A DNA stretch of 64,000 bases from a virus, in IMG/VR virus record IMGVR_UViG_3300027851_000021, positions 2,308-66,307 of that record; one strand, given 5' to 3'. Shown piece after piece: positions 20,717-29,336 of this stretch. The position numbers and the translations under genes are program-made. How positions within the stretch are numbered: position 1 is the stretch's first letter; each line of letters starts with the position of its first letter. The notes beneath the pieces were generated by a model that saw only the letters and a program-made list of their open reading frames with translations, was not told the origin of the DNA and made no database searches.

Positions 20717-21081
20717 TGGCAATATCAGGAATATATTGGGTTAATACTTTACCACAACAACCTCTAATTGATGGATATACTGAAGAGGCAGCTGGTAAGA
20801 AAATCCGCACTACAATGGATGCGGCAGTAGCAAAACAACGGAATCGCTACTCCACTACAACTATCCCATTTACATGCGTATTTTTGTTTACTATGGACGA
20901 ATATATTGTCTTCAAAAATTTCTTTAACGTCACCTTAGTTAATGGATCTTTAGAGTTCAATATGCAGGTAGTAGGAGACCCAACAACTACACAGGTAGTG
21001 AGATTTACGGAAAGAAATTATAGTCCTGAATTTTTAGGACTACACGTAAGAGTAACATGTAATTTGGAAGTAATGCCATGA
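20716..21081 (+). CDS. distal tail protein
   Basis: IRTTMDA..KQR.R, FF..TL.NGSL.F; follows the tape measure gene. Confidence 0.65.
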   Translation: MAISGIYWVNTLPQQPLIDGYTEEAAGKKIRTTMDAAVAKQRNRYSTTTIPFTCVFLFTMDEYIVFKNFFNVTLVNGSLEFNMQVVGDPTTTQVVRFTERNYSPEFLGLHVRVTCNLEVMP

Positions 21082-21644
21082 GTGATTTTAGTGCCTTAGA
21101 TTTTGAGGATGAAGATTTCAATACCTCTACTATTTCATCAGATATGTCTGCAGCAATGCATGCAAGATCTACTGAAGAGGTATTTTTAATTTTAGTAACT
21201 ATTACACATCCTAATCTGGCACAACCAATATACATAGTCAACGATACTAAGGATGAATTATCTACAGGGCAAAGAGGTGTAATATCTAACGGACATGAAT
21301 TTGTATATTTGCCGTTTGAATTTATTCTTCCTACCTTAGAAAGAGATTCTATTCCCAAGTCTAGGATTAGTATGGATAATACCAGTAGGGAGATTGTAGC
21401 AACAGTATTATCTATTAGTGATCCACCTGATGTACAAATACAAATTGCACTATCTTCTAATCCAGACTTAATTGAATATGACATACAAGGTTTTAAATTA
21501 GCATCGGTAACATATGATGCATTAACAATTGAAGGAGACTTAACTTTTGAACAGTTCTTTAGCGAACCATATCCAAGCGTAAGATTTACCCCTTCACGTT
21601 TTCCAGGTTTATTTAGAGGACGTTCAAGTCAAGTAGGAGCATAA
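21078..21644 (+). CDS. tail tip protein (DUF1833-like)
   Basis: LVTITHP, PFEFILP, RFTPSRFPGLF. Confidence 0.7.
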   Translation: MSDFSALDFEDEDFNTSTISSDMSAAMHARSTEEVFLILVTITHPNLAQPIYIVNDTKDELSTGQRGVISNGHEFVYLPFEFILPTLERDSIPKSRISMDNTSREIVATVLSISDPPDVQIQIALSSNPDLIEYDIQGFKLASVTYDALTIEGDLTFEQFFSEPYPSVRFTPSRFPGLFRGRSSQVGA

Positions 21645-22069
21645 TGGTTTGGTCTAATAAATATATAGAGATTCCTTTCGTAGATCATGGACGTGATTGG
21701 ACTGGGTGTGACTGTTATGGATTAGGCAGGTTAGCTTTAAAAGAAGAATGCGGAATTGAATTACCAAGCTTATTAGACGTGTATAAGAACATTAAAGATG
21801 TAGATACCTTAACTGCAAGAATTAATGAAGTATCTGCACAAGAGGAAGTTTGGATACCAATACCAAAAGGACAAGAAAAAGAATTTGATATAATAGTATT
21901 GCGTATTTTAGGCTTACCTATTCATATGGGTATAGTAACTACTAAAGGAAATATGCTACATATTATTGACGGCAGTAACGCACAGGAAGTACCATATACT
22001 AAAGGCGAGTGGGCTAATCCACATAAGTTAATAGGCTTTTATAGGCACAAGGAATTATGCAAGACTTAG
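21644..22069 (+). CDS. NlpC/P60 tail-associated peptidase
   Basis: GRDWTGCDCYGL...HMGI...MLH. Confidence 0.85.
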   Translation: MVWSNKYIEIPFVDHGRDWTGCDCYGLGRLALKEECGIELPSLLDVYKNIKDVDTLTARINEVSAQEEVWIPIPKGQEKEFDIIVLRILGLPIHMGIVTTKGNMLHIIDGSNAQEVPYTKGEWANPHKLIGFYRHKELCKT

Positions 22070-25000
22070 TACAATATAAAGATACATCTCTATTGGTACC
22101 CGCTCGTTTAGCTACTGAGCCGGGTATTAACGTATCTGCTTGTGCTTATCCTTTTACTGCAGGCATGTCTTCTTATGTAGTTGCTGAAGGCTATAATATC
22201 GCGGAAATACTGAACACCATCACCACGCACCCATTTATGCAGTTGCAAGCTCACGTGTACATTAATGAGACATATGTACCTAGAGCATATTGGGAACGCG
22301 TATATCCTAAAACAGGATCAAGCTTAACGGTCAAAATCATTCCTGGTAAGGGAAAGAAAAATCCATTAGCTACCATTCTTATGGTTGCAGTTATCGCTGC
22401 GGGCGCTTGGGCAGGTGCTCTTATTGCTAACGGAGCACTTGCCGGATCTTTGGGTGCAGGCTTTGCTGCAGGTACTACTGGTGCTACTATTGCTGGAGCA
22501 TTTGCTTCTGCAGTTGTTAATGCTGTAGGATCGTTGCTTGTAAATGCTTTAGCGCCTCCTGCAAAACAACGTACATCTGGAGGAGGTACTGATGCAGCAG
22601 ACTCTCCGACATTATTTATTGAAGGTGCTAGAAACTCACCCGATTATTACGGTGTAGTACCTGTTATCTTTGGACGTCACTTAGTTGTACCTAAATTAGC
22701 CTCTAATAATTATACCGAAACAGTTGGTAACAACCAATATGTAAGGCAATTATTTTGTTTAGGTTTAGGTAAGTACAATGTATACAATCCAGCTATTGGT
22801 GCAACTGCTTTATCACAATTCACTGACGTACAAATTAATCAATATACTGATGGTGAAGGTGCTGATGCAGACTTACAAATATACCCTGAGTCTATTTTTC
22901 AGGAGAACTTTCAAGTACAATTGACAGATGCTGCCGGATGGATTACGCGTACAACACAACCTGCATGTGATGAATTTATTTTTGATATTTCCTATCCTAG
23001 AGGTATTGTAAAATATAACGATCAAGGTAAAAAGACAGCTATTAACGTACAAGTAGAGATGCAATATGCACCTACTGGTACTGGAACTTGGTCTGCATCA
23101 ACATTTTATACCCTTAATAATGCTACTACTTCTGCAGTATTAAATTCTCCTAAAATTACTGCCGGCGGTGGACAGTATGATGTACGTGTACGTAAAGTAG
23201 TTTTATATACTCCTAGTGATAGTCTTTTGGATGATACTTGGTGGGTAGGTATTAAAACCATTACACACGAAAATCCTGTTGCTATGAAAGGTGTTTCTTT
23301 AGCTGAAATGCGTATTAAGGCTACTGACCAATTAAACGGAGCTGTAGACCAATTTCAGGAAGAACTCTTTTCTGTATTACCAGATTATGACGTTACTACT
23401 AATACCTGGATTGAACGTGAAACACGTAACCCAGCATCATTCTTTAGATATGTCTGCCTTAATTCCGCTTTATTCGAAGACGGTAGTGGTAATCCTTTGG
23501 TTGATGCACCTAATGCACGCCCATTAACTATTGCACGTATGATTGATGATGATCTAAAGGATTTTCATGATCATTGCCGTATCAACGGTTTTGAATATAA
23601 CGCCGTAATTGACTTCGAAGCTTCTGTACAAGATATGTTAGCTGAGATTGCAGCAGCAGGACGTGCAGCACCTACATTGGTAGACGGTAAATGGACAGTA
23701 GTTATTGATAGACTGCAAACTGTTATAGCGCAGCATTTTACTCCAGCTAATACCTGGGGTTATTCTGCTACCAAAGTATTTCCAGAAATTCCTCATGCAT
23801 TCCGTATTCAGTTTCTCAACGAAGAAGCCGGATTCTTGCAGGATGAAATGTTGGTATATGCTGATGGATACAATAAGACTAATGCACGTAAAATTGAAGG
23901 CTTGCAACTTCCAGGTATTACAAAGCCTAGCTTAATTTACAGACATGCAAGAGAGCATATGGCTGTAATTAAACTGCGCCCTATTGAACATAGCTTTTAC
24001 TGTGACGTAGAACACTTAGTTGCAACTCGTGGACGCTTAATTAAATTTGCACATGATGTACCTTTAATTGGTGTAGGTCAAGGATATATTACAGGAGTTA
24101 CTACTGATGGTGGTAGCCCTGCTAATATTATTTCCATTCAATTGGATCGTCCTATGGAAATGCAACCAGGTAAATCTTACAGCGTACGCGTAAGAGATGC
24201 CGAGACACGTAAAAGCACTTATAAGGCGGTTACAACAGTTGTCGGAAATAACAACACCACACTTACCTTCACTACCCCATTTCCACGCACAGAAGGTATG
24301 TATATAGATGACTTGTTCATGTTTGGAGAAACAGGAAGAGAAAGTATTGATCTGATCGTCAAAGATATTTATCCTGATAATGATTTCGTAGCTAAAATTG
24401 TCTGCGTAGATGCTTCGCCTGCAATTTTTTCTGCTGGTACTGGGACTATTCCATCTTTTGATTCTGTTGTTACATTACCTGCAATCTTACAACGTACATT
24501 AGCTCCGGTAATTAAGCAAATTCAAACTGGTGCAGAAGTACAAGTATATAATACAGATGGATCTATTTCCACTCGTATGGTTATTACATTAGAAAATCCT
24601 AACGGATTTGATGTAGTACCATCGATCAAAATAAGACAGTCAGGTACAGATACTTATGAAGATGCTAATACATTGGCACTTAGTTCTGAACGCATTATTA
24701 TTGATGGATTAGATCAAGACGTACTTTATGATATCCAGATCCTTTATAGAAAAGCCGGTTCAGGTGTAATTACCTCTACCGTACATTCACCTATAACTGA
24801 ACGTACATTTATTCGCTTTGAAGGTATTAGTGATAATCCACCTAGTGTAACGAACTTTAAGATTCAACTGGTTAACACCTTAGCATTACTTACATGGGAT
24901 GCTATGCGTCTTATTGACTTTGCATATTACGAAATTCGTTATAGTCCTAATCTTGTAGGCGCTACTTGGGCTTCTGCACAAGTAATTAAAACAGGATTGA

Positions 25001-25815
25001 CTAATAATGAAACTACCTTAGCAGCTGCTTCTGGTACTTTCATGATTAAGGCAGTTGATACAGGTAATAGATATTCTAACGACGAAACTACTGCAAGCTT
25101 GTCAGTGGTTATTGAAGGTACTAATGCTGTAGAAACTGTCACAGAAGATCCAGGCTTTACAGGTACACATACTAATACTATAGTTGCTTCAGGTAATCTA
25201 GAATTAGATGTACTTACCTTAGGTGAAGGTTTATACGAATTTGATAACATCATTGACTTATCTGAAATATATCCTTGTACATTAATTCCACATATTATTG
25301 CTACAGGACGTAATATTGGCAATACAATGGATCAATGGCCTGTATTATCTTTATTAGATTCCTTAGCAGGATCTACTCCAGCTTCATGGTATGTAGTATT
25401 AGAAGAGTCGCATACTGATGATGATCCTTCTGGTACACCTACATGGTCTCCATGGGCAGGGATAAATTTGGGTAATTATATTTTCCGTGCAATTAAGTTC
25501 CGCCTTAAGTTGTTTGGTAATGGTATTAACGTAACCCCTTCCATTGAAGAACTTGGTGTATTGATAGATATGCCAGATAGGGTAGAAAAATTACTTAACC
25601 ATGAAATAACTGCAGGCGGTGTTACAGTTACATATACGCCAGCATACAAAGCAACTCCGGTAATGACTTATTCTTTAACGAATGGTGTTGATGGAGACAA
25701 AGTCGAAGTAACTAGCGAAACGGTTAATGGGTTTAATATTAAAGTTACTAATGCAGGTTTAGATGTTACACGACATGCAAATATTCATATTATAGGTTAC
25801 GGAAGGGTACAATAA
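22057..25815 (+). CDS. tail tip/host-specificity protein (gpI/gpJ-like)
   Basis: 1252 aa; YGVVPVIFG, IKATDQLNG, TRNPA; FN3-like C-terminal part. Confidence 0.85.
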   Translation: MQDLVQYKDTSLLVPARLATEPGINVSACAYPFTAGMSSYVVAEGYNIAEILNTITTHPFMQLQAHVYINETYVPRAYWERVYPKTGSSLTVKIIPGKGKKNPLATILMVAVIAAGAWAGALIANGALAGSLGAGFAAGTTGATIAGAFASAVVNAVGSLLVNALAPPAKQRTSGGGTDAADSPTLFIEGARNSPDYYGVVPVIFGRHLVVPKLASNNYTETVGNNQYVRQLFCLGLGKYNVYNPAIGATALSQFTDVQINQYTDGEGADADLQIYPESIFQENFQVQLTDAAGWITRTTQPACDEFIFDISYPRGIVKYNDQGKKTAINVQVEMQYAPTGTGTWSASTFYTLNNATTSAVLNSPKITAGGGQYDVRVRKVVLYTPSDSLLDDTWWVGIKTITHENPVAMKGVSLAEMRIKATDQLNGAVDQFQEELFSVLPDYDVTTNTWIERETRNPASFFRYVCLNSALFEDGSGNPLVDAPNARPLTIARMIDDDLKDFHDHCRINGFEYNAVIDFEASVQDMLAEIAAAGRAAPTLVDGKWTVVIDRLQTVIAQHFTPANTWGYSATKVFPEIPHAFRIQFLNEEAGFLQDEMLVYADGYNKTNARKIEGLQLPGITKPSLIYRHAREHMAVIKLRPIEHSFYCDVEHLVATRGRLIKFAHDVPLIGVGQGYITGVTTDGGSPANIISIQLDRPMEMQPGKSYSVRVRDAETRKSTYKAVTTVVGNNNTTLTFTTPFPRTEGMYIDDLFMFGETGRESIDLIVKDIYPDNDFVAKIVCVDASPAIFSAGTGTIPSFDSVVTLPAILQRTLAPVIKQIQTGAEVQVYNTDGSISTRMVITLENPNGFDVVPSIKIRQSGTDTYEDANTLALSSERIIIDGLDQDVLYDIQILYRKAGSGVITSTVHSPITERTFIRFEGISDNPPSVTNFKIQLVNTLALLTWDAMRLIDFAYYEIRYSPNLVGATWASAQVIKTGLTNNETTLAAASGTFMIKAVDTGNRYSNDETTASLSVVIEGTNAVETVTEDPGFTGTHTNTIVASGNLELDVLTLGEGLYEFDNIIDLSEIYPCTLIPHIIATGRNIGNTMDQWPVLSLLDSLAGSTPASWYVVLEESHTDDDPSGTPTWSPWAGINLGNYIFRAIKFRLKLFGNGINVTPSIEELGVLIDMPDRVEKLLNHEITAGGVTVTYTPAYKATPVMTYSLTNGVDGDKVEVTSETVNGFNIKVTNAGLDVTRHANIHIIGYGRVQ

Positions 25816-26891
25816 TGTCACAGTTTAGTTTTGGAAATATCAACGAGGCTACTACCGATGGATTTGGTTTAGCTACTATGTTGGAAAACTTTGAAGCTGC
25901 AGTCAATAGCGCACACGCAGGCGCTACAGCTCCTTCATACAAAATTACAGGTACTACATGGAGAGATACATCTGTAACACCTCACCTGATTAAGCAATAT
26001 GACGGTGCTAACTGGCTTGTTATAGGTAGTTTAAATACTACTACCCATGAATATGCTTTATACCATAAAGGAGCTGTCTTAACAGGTAATGCTACAGCTA
26101 CTACAGGTGATGGATTAGAAATTAGTTCTAATGCTCTACGTGTTAAATTAGATGGAACTACTATCATAAGATCCGCAGCAGGTATTAAAGTAGATACCAC
26201 ACAGTTTGCTACCGCTGCACAAGGTGCTCTAGCTGACACTGCATTACAACCTGGAAGTGTATCTTCAGGTATTATTATTAACCGTTATGTACTTAATTCA
26301 AGTACTACTTACACTAAACCTGCTAACTTATTGTATATAGACGTAGAATGTGTAGGTGGTGGGGGTAATGGTGGAGGCGGTACAAACTACGGTAGTGGAG
26401 GTGGTGGAGGAGGCGGTGGATATACTAAAAAAATGATTGTTGCTTCTGCTATTGGTGTCACCGAAACTGTAACAGTTGGCGGGGTAAGTGGAACTTCTTC
26501 CTTCGGCACACATTGTTCTGCGACTGGTGGGGGTACGGGAGGAAATAGTGCTGCTGGCGGAGGAATTAGCGCGGGTGGGGGTGCTGGCTTAGGTGTTGGT
26601 GGTGATATAGTCATACATGGTACAACAGGTCGCAGTGGTTTAAATGGTGGACCAAATCCTGCAACATCAACTGGGCAAACAGTTGTTGGTGGCGATGGTG
26701 GAGGCTCAATATGGGGTGGCGGTGGCAATGGTGCAAAATGTTCTGTAGGAGGTACTACAGTAGCGAGTGGTACAGCAGGTTCAACTTATGGCGGTGGAGG
26801 AGGCGGTGGAGCCAGCTTAAGTGGGGGTACTAGAAATGGTGGCGCAGGTATTCAAGGCGTTGTAATTGTTACAGAATATATCAGCACATAA
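25815..26891 (+). CDS. tail fibre with glycine-rich C-terminal domain
   Basis: HAGATAPSY...WRDTS N-terminus; VECVGGGGNGG poly-Gly domain. Confidence 0.75.
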   Translation: MSQFSFGNINEATTDGFGLATMLENFEAAVNSAHAGATAPSYKITGTTWRDTSVTPHLIKQYDGANWLVIGSLNTTTHEYALYHKGAVLTGNATATTGDGLEISSNALRVKLDGTTIIRSAAGIKVDTTQFATAAQGALADTALQPGSVSSGIIINRYVLNSSTTYTKPANLLYIDVECVGGGGNGGGGTNYGSGGGGGGGGYTKKMIVASAIGVTETVTVGGVSGTSSFGTHCSATGGGTGGNSAAGGGISAGGGAGLGVGGDIVIHGTTGRSGLNGGPNPATSTGQTVVGGDGGGSIWGGGGNGAKCSVGGTTVASGTAGSTYGGGGGGGASLSGGTRNGGAGIQGVVIVTEYIST

Positions 26892-26901
26892 GGAGTTTGA
26901 A

Positions 26902-27282
26902 ATGTCAAATAAAGCAAAACCAACTAATGTCTTAAAGGGGAAGATAAATATGGAGGAACTTATAGTACAACACTTAACACGTATTGAGGTCAAAGTAGAT
27001 CAACATGCAGAAGCTTTAAATCGCTTTACACGTACAGAAGAACGCGTTGTAATGCTTTTGGAAAGCTTTAAAGAAATGAATACTGCCTCTAATGCATTAG
27101 AAGCTCGTATAGCTACCTTAGAAAAAGCTTTAGCGGAAGCACGTACTACAGGTAAAACTATTGGATGGATTCTTACATGCTTAGCAAGTATTGTAATTTT
27201 TCTGTTCGGAGTAAATTGGGACGAAATTATGGTTTCTTTAAAAACCTTTCTTATGAGTATGGAGAAGCCAAATGTCGAATAA
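26902..27282 (+). CDS. coiled-coil membrane protein (holin/antiholin-like)
   Basis: AGGAG RBS; coiled coil plus one C-terminal TM segment; directly upstream of endolysin. Confidence 0.5.
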   Translation: MSNKAKPTNVLKGKINMEELIVQHLTRIEVKVDQHAEALNRFTRTEERVVMLLESFKEMNTASNALEARIATLEKALAEARTTGKTIGWILTCLASIVIFLFGVNWDEIMVSLKTFLMSMEKPNVE

Positions 27283-27805
27283 TGCTTTCTTTGAAGAATG
27301 TCTTAAGGCTGTTTTATTTTGGGAAAAGACAGTATATACCAACAATCCAGGGGATTTAGGGGGCCCTACGAAATATGGTATCACGCAAAGGACCTTGGCA
27401 AGTTATAGAGGTAAGCCTGTCACCGCAGAAGATGTACGTAATCTTACATACGAGGAAGCCGCAGACATCTACAAGAAGTACTTTTGGGATGCAAATAATT
27501 GCGATTTACTCCCGAAGCCAATTGCCTTACTCCTGTTTGACGGCTGTGTAAATCAATCAGGCGTAGCAATTCGTAAAGCATTACAATCTGCTATAGGTAA
27601 AATTGTAGTGGATGGAAATATTGGTCCCAGAACAGCGCTTGCAGCGGAGAACAGAAATGTTATTGATCTGGTAAATAGATTTATGACTTTGAGGGCACTG
27701 AGGTACGCCGACTCTAGTACCTTTGGACTTCATGGTCGTGGATGGTTTAATCGTATGTTTGACATGCATACTCGTGCGATTAAATTAAGTACATTAAACA
27801 ACTAA
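27272..27805 (+). CDS. endolysin, glycoside hydrolase family 108
   Basis: WE...NNPGDLGGPTKYGIT, IYKKYFWD, FDGCVNQ, GWFNR. Confidence 0.88.
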   Translation: MSNNAFFEECLKAVLFWEKTVYTNNPGDLGGPTKYGITQRTLASYRGKPVTAEDVRNLTYEEAADIYKKYFWDANNCDLLPKPIALLLFDGCVNQSGVAIRKALQSAIGKIVVDGNIGPRTALAAENRNVIDLVNRFMTLRALRYADSSTFGLHGRGWFNRMFDMHTRAIKLSTLNN

Positions 27806-27823
27806 CCCATAAGGAGATAAATT

Positions 27824-28027
27824 ATGGACACTACAATGTTAAACAGTATCCTCAGGCATATTATTACTGGGGTAGGTGCGGTACTTGTAACCAAGGGCTA
27901 CACTGATCAAGCAGGATTAGAACTTATTGCGGGTGGTGTTACAACCGTAGTAGGTTTAGTACTGTCATACTTTGATAAGAGAAAAGCTGCTGCCACTTTG
28001 GAAGCAACTAAAGCAAACAAACAATAG
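27824..28027 (+). CDS. holin-like two-TM protein
   Basis: ILRHIITGVGAVLVTKG; two hydrophobic segments and a basic tail. Confidence 0.7.
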   Translation: MDTTMLNSILRHIITGVGAVLVTKGYTDQAGLELIAGGVTTVVGLVLSYFDKRKAAATLEATKANKQ

Positions 28028-28036
28028 GAGAATACA

Positions 28037-28192
28037 ATGGCATTATTTCTTTTTATTACTACACTCATCGTCGGTGGTGGACTTGTTAATGAAGGCTACG
28101 ACAAATGTGTTGAGACTAAAGGCGTCAAAGCATGTTATGAGAAGTTCGTTGACTCTAAACAACCTGCTGATTTCTCTAAACTGAACAAGTAA
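28037..28192 (+). CDS. 51-aa membrane-anchored protein (not in the ORF track)
   Basis: AGGAG RBS; MALFLFITTLIVGGGLVNEGYDKCVETKGVKACYEKF... Confidence 0.6.
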   Translation: MALFLFITTLIVGGGLVNEGYDKCVETKGVKACYEKFVDSKQPADFSKLNK

Positions 28193-28200
28193 GGATTATT

Positions 28201-28419
28201 ATGGATTTTGCAACTATAATAGGTTTGGTATTTGGAGGTTCTACAATCCTCGGGTTCATTGCGTTAATTTATTTTGCTTACCGTAATGGAAAGATAACAC
28301 AACAAGGAGAACAGGATAAACATGATACGGAAGTTATTAAGCAGTTGCAATTTGAATTTAATAAGCCTAAGTCTAGTTCTAATGATGATCGTGACAGCTT
28401 GCACAACGGTGACTTCTAG
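28201..28419 (+). CDS. i-spanin-like protein
   Basis: N-terminal TM, short polar tail, overlapped by a lipoprotein gene. Confidence 0.65.
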   Translation: MDFATIIGLVFGGSTILGFIALIYFAYRNGKITQQGEQDKHDTEVIKQLQFEFNKPKSSSNDDRDSLHNGDF

Positions 28420-28609
28420 CGTTACACCCGGAGTACAAGAGTACACGAAAGAAGAGCAAAGAACATTGGAGACGGAACTGAACGCTAAATGCCCTCTATC
28501 GAAAGATCAGTTCGGCAACGAAGTACATTCATGTCCTATGATAGATCGTGTAATAAGCGACTATCGCAAACTTAGACAACTCAACCGAGTGGCTAGGGGC
28601 GGTACCTAG
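28322..28609 (+). CDS. o-spanin-like lipoprotein
   Basis: Hydrophobic signal ending in lipobox VTA|C; overlaps the i-spanin gene in another frame. Confidence 0.65.
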   Translation: MIRKLLSSCNLNLISLSLVLMMIVTACTTVTSSVTPGVQEYTKEEQRTLETELNAKCPLSKDQFGNEVHSCPMIDRVISDYRKLRQLNRVARGGT

Positions 28610-28641
28610 GACATACAAAGTTACTGCAAGTCTCCTGTAGT

Positions 28642-28684
28642 AAAAGAGCCCCTAACAGTCCTCAGCCTGTTAGGGGTTTCTTTT
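28642..28684. terminator. bidirectional intrinsic terminator between the two arms
   Basis: AAAAGAG-CCCCTAACAG-loop-CTGTTAGGGG-TTTCTTTT. Confidence 0.85.
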
Positions 28685-28918
28685 CGGCGGAATCTGTAAC
28701 ACCACATAACACTCACCCACTTTTACCGCCGGCGCCGGAATTTCTTTGCATCGATTTAGTCCTTGTAAAACACCAAAGGAATCCCTAAGGATTCCAATGA
28801 GTTAACTTATATGCTTTTGGCATGATGATTAAAATAATAGGTTATATTAGTAATAGGTATCATCCTTAATGGAATGCCGCAAGAGGCACGCATATAATGA
28901 TACATTATGTAATATAGC

Positions 28919-29290
28919 TTATGCTGCTCGAGGTCCGTCATCATCTGGATCACTCCCAAAGGCAGCTTTATAAGAAGCTATACGTGTGGCTTGTGTAGGT
29001 GTATATCCACGTAAACGAGTTTTAGATAAACCTTCTTCTAGTTGCATTTTAGCCTGCTCTTTCTGGATCCCAACGATCTGGTTAATCAGGTCGCCAACAT
29101 GCCACCTGAGCGGAAGAGAATCATCTAAACCGGCTTCAATGCCAGTTAACAATACAAGTGCTCTTTCAGTATTAATACCTTTAAGAGGTCCCATATGCCT
29201 TCTTGCTAAAGATAGCTCCCAGTACATTTTAGACTTTTGTGCCAAAGTGCTAAGTTTCACCAAATCATATTCAGTAGGTTTCTTTGCCAT
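28919..29290 (-). CDS. hypothetical protein
   Basis: ORF downstream of the polymerase; likely start MAKKP at 29290. Confidence 0.5.
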   Translation of the reverse strand: MAKKPTEYDLVKLSTLAQKSKMYWELSLARRHMGPLKGINTERALVLLTGIEAGLDDSLPLRWHVGDLINQIVGIQKEQAKMQLEEGLSKTRLRGYTPTQATRIASYKAAFGSDPDDDGPRAA

Positions 29291-29336
29291 ATTATATTCC
29301 ATAATTGTTGTATCACTCTTCTTATTATATAGGCAT

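Noticed and set aside
26350-26850. G-rich repeats as G-quadruplex or DGR target
   Set aside because: Poly-glycine fibre domain; no reverse transcriptase or template repeat seen
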